This document shows positions 40,557-48,712 of a stretch of 64,000 bases of DNA, piece by piece. The notes under the pieces are model-generated. The model searched no databases. It had not been told where the DNA came from and saw nothing but the letters and a program-made list of their open reading frames with translations. The translations under genes and the position numbers were made by a program. The stretch lies in assembly GCA_045537965.1 (NCBI GenBank), contig JAZSQL010000003.1:3056-67055 (forward strand), read 5' to 3'. Each line of letters starts with the position of its first letter. Within the stretch, counting starts at the first letter, position 1. The DNA comes from Alphaproteobacteria bacterium (GTDB lineage Bacteria > Pseudomonadota > Alphaproteobacteria > RF32 > CAG-239).

Positions 40557-41116
40557 TGAAAAAAATATATTACCCAGCAATAGCTATAATATCACTGTGG
40601 ATTATTGGTTTTTTCCATTTTGCATGGCAAATAAATAATTTCAACATTGATTTATTAACTCATACTGACGCAATTATTACCCTAACAGGTGGGCGTAACC
40701 GTATAACAGAAGCTATAAAACTTCTGCAAAAAGGTTTTGCTCCTCGTTTATTTATTTCTGGTGTAGCTAAAGATATATCTTTTCAAAACATTAAAAACAC
40801 ACAAAATATATCATTATCAAACTCTCCTAATATTGATATTGGACATAATGCTACCAATACAATTGAAAATGCTATTGAAAGTAATCGTTGGATATTAAAA
40901 AACAACATAAAATCTATACGTTTAGTAACATCAAACTACCATATTCCTAGATCTGTAGTCGAATTTACAAAACAAAATAATTCTATCAAAATTATTATTC
41001 ATCCAGTTTATTCTGAAAAAATTGAAAAAAAATGGTGGACGAGTTTAAGAACTTTCTCGCTTATTTTTGAAGAATATAATAAGTTCTTATATACATACAT
41101 TCGAAGTAAATTATAG
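40556..41116 (+). CDS. YdcF/ElyC-family (DUF218) protein
   Basis: N-terminal TM segment, then AIITLTGGRNRI...LFISG and TSNYHIPRS, typical DUF218 blocks. Confidence 0.7.
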   Translation: MKKIYYPAIAIISLWIIGFFHFAWQINNFNIDLLTHTDAIITLTGGRNRITEAIKLLQKGFAPRLFISGVAKDISFQNIKNTQNISLSNSPNIDIGHNATNTIENAIESNRWILKNNIKSIRLVTSNYHIPRSVVEFTKQNNSIKIIIHPVYSEKIEKKWWTSLRTFSLIFEEYNKFLYTYIRSKL

Positions 41117-41129
41117 GAAGTGAGGTTCC

Positions 41130-41888
41130 ATGTTATTCATTCGCTCTTTACTATTTAATATCGTTGGTTACAGTATTATCGCTATGGGTTGCATTACCAA
41201 CTCGGTAGTTGGGATATTCTCACGCAAAGCAACTATAAAATCTTGGAATTACTTTTTCCTTCCCCTTTTTGCTATCGCTCTGCGTTACATAGCTGGAATA
41301 AAAGTAGAAATACGTGGACAACAATATATTAACCAAGATAGTGGAATATATGCAGGAAAACACGAATCTGCTGTTGAAACATATCTTCTTACCAATTTTA
41401 TAAAAAAAGCAACATTAGTAATGAAAAAAGAGCTTACTTATATTCCTATTTTTGGTTGGGCTCAAGCCTTTTACGGTATGATTCCCATTGACCGTTCAGC
41501 TGGCTCTGCTGCTATGAAAAATATGCTTAGAAATGCCAAAATTATGATCGAAAAAAAACGCCCTATAATTATTTTTCCTGAAGGAACTCGCCGTAAACCA
41601 GGACAAGAACCAGCTTATAAACCTGGTGTAGCTTTGCTTTATCAACACCTAAACTTACCTGTAACCCCAATAGCATCAAATACTGGATTTTTCTGGGGTA
41701 AAAATTCATTTATGCGCTATCCTGGAAAGATTATTTTTGAATTTCTTCCTCCTATTGAATCAGGATTAAATAAACAAGAGTTTATGGAAAAACTACAAAA
41801 CAATCTTGAAGAAAAATGTCATGAACTTAATATGGAAACCATAAGAGAATACCCTTATGTAGAAAAAATGCTTTACAAAAAGGATTAA
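41130..41888 (+). CDS. plsC: 1-acyl-sn-glycerol-3-phosphate acyltransferase
   Basis: GKHESAVET (acyltransferase H-x4-acidic block) and IFPEGTR. Confidence 0.85.
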   Translation: MLFIRSLLFNIVGYSIIAMGCITNSVVGIFSRKATIKSWNYFFLPLFAIALRYIAGIKVEIRGQQYINQDSGIYAGKHESAVETYLLTNFIKKATLVMKKELTYIPIFGWAQAFYGMIPIDRSAGSAAMKNMLRNAKIMIEKKRPIIIFPEGTRRKPGQEPAYKPGVALLYQHLNLPVTPIASNTGFFWGKNSFMRYPGKIIFEFLPPIESGLNKQEFMEKLQNNLEEKCHELNMETIREYPYVEKMLYKKD

Positions 41889-41893
41889 ACCTA

Positions 41894-42982
41894 GTGAAAA
41901 GATTGTTGCAAAAATATCTTTTACTTATTGCAGAAGTCGCTAGCAAAATAATGACTTATGCCAGTAAGAGCTCAATATCCATTTTTGCGTGCATCTTTTC
42001 TTTTTGTATTGTTTTTGGTGGAATATATATAACATCTTCTCGCAACCTTGCCATAAAACAAATACGTTGGCAAATGGCACATTTAATTTCTCAATTAAAT
42101 GAAATAGGAATAGACATTGCTTATGAAAATATTGAATTCAACTCAATGTTCTTTTCTCCTCTGGTTAAAATAAACAAGTTTCAAATATACAATTTTAACA
42201 ATACTAACAACTGGATACTATCTTTCGATAACATAAAAGCATTCCCCAACATTTTTGGAACATCTAAGATTCGTTTTGAAGCATCTAGTGATGGTGTATT
42301 CTCTTTTAATGACTATCAAACATCTATGAGTACAGACAGAACATTCTTAGATATTACAAAACAAGAACATGGTTTTAAAGAAATCGTATTTCACTCTCAA
42401 AATATCAATTTTAAAGATTTAGCCAAAATTGAAAAAATATCATTTCTTCTTCAAGCCTTATCATTCAAGAAAGAAAATTCCTCAATTACAATACCAAGTT
42501 TTGAAAGTTTTTTTGAAATAAAGAATGTCAAAATCAATGGGTTAATTGACTATCCTCTATCATCTAACATCAACCTTATCTATGCTAAATCATCTATAAT
42601 GGGACGTTTCACTCCAGAAGAGCATTTATTAACAACTTTAGAAACATGGCTCAAAGAAGGTGGTTTTATTGAAGTACCAAACTTAATCGTTCAATGGGAA
42701 CCTTTAACATTGGTTGGTAGAGGAAGTATAAACTTTAATGAAAACTTTTCTCCTCGTATTAATTTCAATACATCTTCTAAAGGTATACTTCGCCTACTTG
42801 ATGATTTACAAAAAAATGAATTTCTTGAAAGTAAAAACGTATTTGTTGCCAATATTCTTTTATCTAATAAAGCATTTAAAATAAACCCAGAAGATGAAGA
42901 ACTAACCATATCAACACCTATTGGCTATTCAGATAAAAAAATAACTATTGAAAATTTAACAATAAAAGATTTTACAAAATAA
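41894..42982 (+). CDS. DUF2125-like membrane-anchored protein
   Basis: The position after plsC and the N-terminal TM segment plus long periplasmic region resemble alphaproteobacterial DUF2125. Assignment is from memory of synteny. GTG start. Confidence 0.5.
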   Translation: MKRLLQKYLLLIAEVASKIMTYASKSSISIFACIFSFCIVFGGIYITSSRNLAIKQIRWQMAHLISQLNEIGIDIAYENIEFNSMFFSPLVKINKFQIYNFNNTNNWILSFDNIKAFPNIFGTSKIRFEASSDGVFSFNDYQTSMSTDRTFLDITKQEHGFKEIVFHSQNINFKDLAKIEKISFLLQALSFKKENSSITIPSFESFFEIKNVKINGLIDYPLSSNINLIYAKSSIMGRFTPEEHLLTTLETWLKEGGFIEVPNLIVQWEPLTLVGRGSINFNENFSPRINFNTSSKGILRLLDDLQKNEFLESKNVFVANILLSNKAFKINPEDEELTISTPIGYSDKKITIENLTIKDFTK

Positions 42983-43511
42983 ATTCAGCTATTAGAATTT
43001 TAGCTATTCCATAACACCGCTCATCAATTAACTTATAATTAGAAGGTAGTATGCAGTCCTCACCTTTCTCAAGTTCTATCAAACACAAAGCTCCATCAAT
43101 TAAACACTCCTTAGCACATTCTAAAGCCAGTTCCGTTAATCCCATCTTATATGGAGCATCCATAAACAAAACATCATATTTTTTATCAACTATAATTTTT
43201 TTAGTAGCATCGGCTTTTATAACTTTTATTTTATCGTTTTCAGTTGCAAATAATCTAACATTTTTCTGCAAATCACTAACATCTATATCCACTAAAGCAA
43301 TTTCAGAAAACCCCTGTGATAAGGCCTCTAATCCAAATGCTCCGCTTCCCGCAAAAACATCTATCAGTTTTCTACCATAAAAATTCCCACCAAATTTATT
43401 ACGCAAAATATTAAATATCGCCTCTCTCGCTTTATCAGATGTAGGACGAATATTCTTAGAAACAGGTGATATTAATTTTTTACCTCTATATTTTCCGCCA
43501 ATAATTCTCAT
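42972..43511 (-). CDS. rsmD: 16S rRNA (guanine966-N2)-methyltransferase RsmD
   Basis: MRIIGGKYRGKKL, DVFAGSGAFGLEALSQG (SAM motif I) and FMDAPY. Confidence 0.85.
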   Translation of the reverse strand: MRIIGGKYRGKKLISPVSKNIRPTSDKAREAIFNILRNKFGGNFYGRKLIDVFAGSGAFGLEALSQGFSEIALVDIDVSDLQKNVRLFATENDKIKVIKADATKKIIVDKKYDVLFMDAPYKMGLTELALECAKECLIDGALCLIELEKGEDCILPSNYKLIDERCYGIAKILIAEFIL

Positions 43512-44230
43512 AATTCAAACTTTGTTCCTAGTTGTTCTTTTAAAACTTTCTGAGGGATTTCTTTAACATCACCTTTCTTCAATGAACCAAGCTGAAAAGG
43601 ACCATATGACAAACGAATAAGCCTTGAAACCTCAAGTCCCAAATATTTCATAACTTTTCTAATTTCACGATTTTTTCCTTCTGTCAACGTAACCAAAAGC
43701 CATATATTAGCTCCCTGTCTAGTTTCTATTTCTGCCTTTATAGAGCCATATTCAACCCCATCAATAATAACGCCTTTCTGCAATAGCAACAACTTTTCTG
43801 AACTAACATTACCAAACACTCTAACCTTATATCTTCTAACCCATCCATTTGAAGGTAACTCCAACTTCCTAGAAAGTTCTCCATTATTAGTAAGTAATAA
43901 CAATCCTTCTGAATTTAAATCCAAACGTCCAACCGAAATAACTCTTGGTAAACCACTTGGCAAATTATCAAAAACTGTAGGACGATTTTTTTCATCTTTA
44001 TGAGATGTAACCAGCCCCGTTGGTTTATGATAAAGCCATAATCGTGTTGATTGTGTTTCGGGTAACTTTTCACCATCTATTAAAATTTTTTCACTACCAT
44101 CAACATTAACAGCTGGTTCTTTAACAATATCTCCATTAATTGTAATTCGTCCCTGCTTAATTAATTCTTCGGCCTCTCGTCGAGAACAGGCACCAGAACG
44201 TGCTATAAATTTTGCAATACGCATTTTCAT
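43508..44230 (-). CDS. RsuA/RluB-family pseudouridine synthase
   Basis: S4 domain RIAKFIARSGACSRREAEELIKQGRITING and catalytic block VGRLDLNSEGLLLLTN. Start set to an internal ATG; the track ORF extends to 44284. Confidence 0.85.
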   Translation of the reverse strand: MKMRIAKFIARSGACSRREAEELIKQGRITINGDIVKEPAVNVDGSEKILIDGEKLPETQSTRLWLYHKPTGLVTSHKDEKNRPTVFDNLPSGLPRVISVGRLDLNSEGLLLLTNNGELSRKLELPSNGWVRRYKVRVFGNVSSEKLLLLQKGVIIDGVEYGSIKAEIETRQGANIWLLVTLTEGKNREIRKVMKYLGLEVSRLIRLSYGPFQLGSLKKGDVKEIPQKVLKEQLGTKFEL

Positions 44231-44298
44231 TTTTTTCTTCCCTTTTTTTCTTTCTTCTATCATAATCTTATTAAAATACAACAAAAAAAGGGAATATT

Positions 44299-44760
44299 AT
44301 GAGTATTGAAGACTACATGAATATGGCTCTAAAACTTGCTCAAAAAGCTATTGAGCAAGATGAAATACCTGTTGGCTGCCTAATTGTTGATCCAAAAACT
44401 AATACAATAATCGCTGCAACACATAATCTTAGTCAACATAGTGAAGATGCAACATCTCATGCTGAAATCCTTGCAATTCGTGAAGCTTGTCAAAAACTAG
44501 GACAAAATCGTCTGCGAGATATGGACATGTATGTTACCCTTGAACCTTGTACTATGTGTACCGCTGCAATCTCTTTTGCTCGAATCAAAAATCTTTATTT
44601 TGGTGCCTTTGATGAAAAAGGTGGAGCTGTAGTAAATGGCATAAAATTTTATGAACAGCCAACCTGCCATCATCGCCCAAACGTTTTTGGCGGAATTTTA
44701 GAAGATGAGTGCTCTAAAATACTAAAAGAGTTTTTCAAAAATAAACGAAATAAAACCTAA
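44299..44760 (+). CDS. tadA: tRNA-specific adenosine deaminase
   Basis: HAEILAIREA and PCTMCTAA zinc-binding motifs. Confidence 0.9.
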   Translation: MSIEDYMNMALKLAQKAIEQDEIPVGCLIVDPKTNTIIAATHNLSQHSEDATSHAEILAIREACQKLGQNRLRDMDMYVTLEPCTMCTAAISFARIKNLYFGAFDEKGGAVVNGIKFYEQPTCHHRPNVFGGILEDECSKILKEFFKNKRNKT

Positions 44761-45644
44761 ACAAATTTAGCTAGCTCCTTATAATAAGCCATTGTTGGAT
44801 TTTCACGTATTTTTATAACATCAAAAATTACATCAGGAACTTTCAAATCACCTTTACCAATCCCAACTTCTACGTTAGGATGAGCTCCACCATGAAAATC
44901 TGATCCTCCAGATGATATAAGACCCAATGTTTCTATCATCATCAAATAATCTTGTTTTAACAAAGAGTTGTGATCAGAATGAAAAACTTCTATTCCTTTC
45001 AATCCGCACATTTTCAATTCTTTAATTAAATCAAACAATTCACGCCCTTGTTTTTTTGTATGAATTGGATGAGCTAATATGGGAACAGCGCCATTATCTA
45101 AAACAAAAGAAATAACTTCATTATATTCAGGCTCTTTTTTAGCTACATACGCAGGACATCCTCTATTCAAATATTTATCAAATCCTTCATCCCAATCATT
45201 AATATAGCCATTTTTTAACATTGCTGCTACAATATGAGGTTTTCCAACTTGATTACGTAACATTCCGTTTTCATAATAGGCAACATCATTCCAATCAAGA
45301 ACTATACCTAATTTAGCTAACAACTCTAAACGTTCTTTGGCAACTTTAAAACGTTCTTCAATCATTATCTTTTGACGTTCTTTAAAAGCATCAATATTTC
45401 GTTCTGGAATATCTAAAGCAACAATCTCCATAGGCACTCTTGAATAATGAGCAGACAATTCGCTAGCATTCATTGTTAATATATTATACTTCTTAGCTGC
45501 TTCCGCAAAATAACAACAACCATCAACCACATCATGATCAGTTAAGGCTGCTGCTTTTAATCCTGCTTTTGCTATCTTATCAATTAACTCATCAGGACTA
45601 CAAGTACCATCTGAAAAAACCGAATGCATATGTAAATCAATCAT
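44757..45644 (-). CDS. PHP-domain phosphoesterase (TrpH/YciV-like)
   Basis: IDLHMHSVFSDG at the N-terminus, with downstream His-rich PHP motifs (AHP, HSDH, GSDFHG). Confidence 0.8.
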   Translation of the reverse strand: MIDLHMHSVFSDGTCSPDELIDKIAKAGLKAAALTDHDVVDGCCYFAEAAKKYNILTMNASELSAHYSRVPMEIVALDIPERNIDAFKERQKIMIEERFKVAKERLELLAKLGIVLDWNDVAYYENGMLRNQVGKPHIVAAMLKNGYINDWDEGFDKYLNRGCPAYVAKKEPEYNEVISFVLDNGAVPILAHPIHTKKQGRELFDLIKELKMCGLKGIEVFHSDHNSLLKQDYLMMIETLGLISSGGSDFHGGAHPNVEVGIGKGDLKVPDVIFDVIKIRENPTMAYYKELAKFV

Positions 45645-45815
45645 TATATATTCTCATCTAACATATTTAATTATTATGGTATATCATTGCATTTTTCATA
45701 AGAAATAACACAAGCTCAAACTAGTGTAAACTATCATTTTAAATTATTATCCTTTTCATAACAACTTTTTAATTTTTCTTCCTTATCATTATATAAATAC
45801 TTAAGGATTTTTAAC

Positions 45816-47045
45816 ATGAAAATATACCAAGTTGGCGGATCCGTTCGTGATAAATTAATGCACAAAACCCCCAATGATTTTGATTATGTAATAGTTGGTT
45901 CGACCACAGAAGAATTGCTTTCTTTTGGCTATCATCAAGTAGGTAAAAATTTTCCTGTATTCATAAACCCAATAAACGGCTATGAATACGCTCTTGCTCG
46001 CAAAGAAATAAAAACAGGACCTAAACATTCAGATTTCAAATTTATATTCGACACCAACATCACCCTTAAAGAAGATTTAGAGCGTCGCGATTTCACTTGT
46101 AATGCTTTAGCCTATGATGAAACCAACAACACAATTATAGATTATCACAATGGACAAAACGATATAAAAAATAAAATATTACGTCATATAAATTCTACTC
46201 ATTTTGTCGAAGACCCATTACGTATACTTCGTTTATGTCGCTTTGCGGCACAATTAGACTTTAGCGTTGCTGAAGAAACCCTTGCTCTTGCTAGTAAAAT
46301 GGTTTCTGAAGATATGTTAAAATACCTAAGTCCTGAACGTATTTGGCAAGAAATATTTAAAGCCTTACAAACAACAAATTTTACCAAATTTCTAATAACA
46401 GCCAAACAATGTGGTGCTTTAGCTAAAATATTACCTGAAATTGACGAATTATCATCAGTACCAGAAAGTCCTGAATATCACTCCGAAAAAAATGCATTTG
46501 CACACACTATTTTAGCTTTACAATATGCTAAGACATCCTCTGCTGAAGTAAAATTTGCAATCCTTATGCATGATCTTGGAAAGCTAAAAACATTACCCCA
46601 AAAACTTCCTATTCATAATGGTCATCACTTAGCAGGAATAAATATCATCAAACAAATATGCCATCGCTTAAAAATTCCCAACACATTCAAGGAATTTGCC
46701 ATAATATCTTGTTTACATCACTGTGATTTTGATTATATCAAAAAACTTGACATTAATAAAATCGTAGATTTCGCCAATAAATTCATAAAAAAAGACAAAC
46801 TATTAGATGATTTTATTAAAGTATGTCGTGCTGATTTTTATGGACGTCAAGTTATCATTAATGATACTGATAAACAATTATTTTCAGAAAAAGAAAATAT
46901 ACTCCGACAATCAGTGTCAATACTTCAAAACATAAGAGCTTCAGATGTTCCTAACTTTAAAAATATAAAAAAAGACAAATCATTTGCTCAAATATTTCAT
47001 CAACATAAAGTTGATATATTACAAAAAAACTTAACTATTTTATAA
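45816..47045 (+). CDS. cca: CCA-adding tRNA nucleotidyltransferase with HD domain
   Basis: VGGSVRD and RRDFTCNA polymerase-beta head motifs, plus a C-terminal HD block LMHDLGK. Confidence 0.85.
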   Translation: MKIYQVGGSVRDKLMHKTPNDFDYVIVGSTTEELLSFGYHQVGKNFPVFINPINGYEYALARKEIKTGPKHSDFKFIFDTNITLKEDLERRDFTCNALAYDETNNTIIDYHNGQNDIKNKILRHINSTHFVEDPLRILRLCRFAAQLDFSVAEETLALASKMVSEDMLKYLSPERIWQEIFKALQTTNFTKFLITAKQCGALAKILPEIDELSSVPESPEYHSEKNAFAHTILALQYAKTSSAEVKFAILMHDLGKLKTLPQKLPIHNGHHLAGINIIKQICHRLKIPNTFKEFAIISCLHHCDFDYIKKLDINKIVDFANKFIKKDKLLDDFIKVCRADFYGRQVIINDTDKQLFSEKENILRQSVSILQNIRASDVPNFKNIKKDKSFAQIFHQHKVDILQKNLTIL

Positions 47046-47682
47046 CGTTGATAACATAATTAATGTAATAGATAGCAAAAGATGAGGATATATGATTTTT
47101 TGATATTGTTTATCTATATCCTTACTATACAGCAATAAAAGTTATTGATACATTTATCGTTGCTGCTTTTTTTCACTTAGTCAAATAGTTGTCCCTATCC
47201 TTTCATTTTTTGTTCTTAACGAAGTTCTAAACCCTCATCAATACATCAGATTTATGATAATAATTTTAGACAAATCAATTATAGTAATACAACAATTAAA
47301 TACAAACCTTTAATAATATCCGTAAATTCTAAAGAAAATAACAATTTTTAAAATAACATCTTTTTTAGTAATCTGAAATTATGCTTTATTATTTTTTAAA
47401 ACGAAACTTTGCAATATTTTTTATATTATTTTACAATACTATTATTATCAGTTTAAATTTTACGATTCGTTTTTCTTGTATAGTTATACGTTATATTATC
47501 GTAATTTCTAATTATAAATATGTTACTCTCAAAGTAATTTTCTATACATCCATTACCATACAGACTCAGATAAGATTACCTAATACACATTAAATTATTC
47601 TTACTTTTCATAGAATTAGGTCTTTCATAATAAACATAAATATTATAATTTAATTATACGAACATATTTTTAAAATAATTAC

Positions 47683-47711
47683 TTGACTAAAAGCAACTAA
47701 TATCTTATTTA
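47683..47711 (+). promoter_or_regulatory. Candidate sigma-70 promoter for the tRNA(CAU) gene
   Basis: TTGACT (47683-47688), 17-nt spacer, TATTTA (47706-47711), about 19 nt before the tRNA 5' end. Confidence 0.4.
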
Positions 47712-47729
47712 TTTATCTGTTTTAGTTAA

Positions 47730-47806
47730 GGGCCCTTAGCTCAGTTGGTTAGAGCAGGCCGCTCATAACGGTCTGGTCGTTGGTTCGAGTCCATCAGGGC
47801 CCACCA
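47730..47806 (+). tRNA. tRNA with CAU anticodon, either elongator Met or lysidine-dependent Ile2 (ileX-like acceptor and anticodon arms), CCA encoded
   Basis: Hand fold: acceptor GGGCCCT/AGGGCCC, D-arm GCTC-AGTTGGTTA-GAGC, anticodon loop CTCATAA, T-loop TTCGAGT. The T-stem GTTGG/CCATC has one T-T mismatch. Confidence 0.9.
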
Positions 47807-47813
47807 AATTAAA

Positions 47814-47842
47814 CCCTTCCCTTTGAGGAAGGGCTTTTTTTT
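47814..47842 (+). terminator. Rho-independent terminator after the tRNA
   Basis: CCCTTCC (47814-47820) pairs with GGAAGGG (47827-47833), followed by an 8-nt T-run. Confidence 0.8.
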
Positions 47843-48093
47843 ATCCTCTACATCGCAGTATTTCTGCGGTTTCGCAGAATCGGTCTGACTGATATCTATT
47901 CTTTTTTATCTGTAAATTTTGTATTTTTACTCCTTTTGTATCTCAAATAGATACTTTTGGTCTGAGCTCGTATAGATGAAAATAGCTTGAAAATCAGCTA
48001 CTTAAAATTTGGTTGTTCTTTGTGCGTATGGGCAGACATGTTTTTGCCATTAGCACTCCGAACATATGACCATATAAAAAAATTATAAAAAGT

Positions 48094-48132
48094 GGGAACG
48101 GTTTTATTTTTTCTATGGGTGTTCCTGTTGTG
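48094..48132 (+). promoter_or_regulatory. 39-nt conserved box, copy A (GGGAACGGTTTT-N10-TGGGTGTTCCTGTTGTG)
   Basis: 32/39 identity with 52682-52720. Lies 22 nt upstream of the small ORF that heads the recombinase operon. Confidence 0.5.
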
Positions 48133-48154
48133 TAAATCATAACAGGAGAATTTT

Positions 48155-48295
48155 ATGTTATCGGAATTTGAACGACTATTAGAGATTTTATCTCGCCCAG
48201 TTATAGAGCTTTTAGACGAGCAAGAAAGTGACGAATATAGCAATAAATCATTGGACTTCTTGGCTTTTCCAAGCATTCATTGTGTTAAGAAATAA
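48155..48295 (+). CDS. Small hypothetical ORF (46 aa) heading the recombinase operon
   Basis: AGGAG lies 6 nt before the ATG. Hand translation MLSEFERLLEILSRPVIELLDEQESDEYSNKSLDFLAFPSIHCVKK*. Its stop is 10 nt before the DUF2924 gene. Not in the track (<60 aa). Confidence 0.35.
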   Translation: MLSEFERLLEILSRPVIELLDEQESDEYSNKSLDFLAFPSIHCVKK

Positions 48296-48305
48296 GGAGT
48301 TGATA

Positions 48306-48710
48306 ATGATAGAATTGCCTAATTTAAATATCGAGTTGACAGAGGTTGCGAACCTTCCATTTGATAAATTAAAACATATGTATGTTTACCTTTTTAATAG
48401 GACTGTTAACTCCAGCCGACGTGAATTTTTTATATGGAGAATAACTTATCGTTTGCAAGAACTTCGGTTTGGCGGACTAGATACTAAGACTAAATCAATC
48501 CTTGAAAATTTAGATAAGAGACCAGTTAAAGAAGAAAATAATCTTCCTGTAGGTACAGAGATTACAAAAAAATATAAGGGTGAAATTTATCGAGTACGTA
48601 TTGTGGCTGGAGGCTTTGAACTTAAAGATGAGTTTTATAAATCTCTTTCAGCGGTGGCTTTTCATATAACAGGTAGAAAAATTTCAGGAAAGGAATTCTT
48701 TGGAGTGTAA
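48306..48710 (+). CDS. DUF2924-family protein (recombinase-associated)
   Basis: C-terminal GTEITKKYKGEIYRVRIVAGGFELKDEFYKSLSAVAFHITGRKISGKEFFGV matches the DUF2924 pattern seen next to large serine recombinases. Start follows AAGGAG; the track ORF starts at 48228. Confidence 0.7.
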   Translation: MIELPNLNIELTEVANLPFDKLKHMYVYLFNRTVNSSRREFFIWRITYRLQELRFGGLDTKTKSILENLDKRPVKEENNLPVGTEITKKYKGEIYRVRIVAGGFELKDEFYKSLSAVAFHITGRKISGKEFFGV

Positions 48711-48712
48711 TC

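Noticed and set aside
47381-47593. 70-aa ORF in the 685-bp AT-rich spacer
   Set aside because: The Ile/Phe/Tyr/Asn-rich translation is typical of random AT-rich sequence, with no SD.
47998-48276. 92-aa minus-strand ORF at the left end of the prophage
   Set aside because: It overlaps the conserved 39-nt box and the SD-preceded small plus-strand ORF. It has no SD, and its Ser-rich low-complexity translation is unconvincing.
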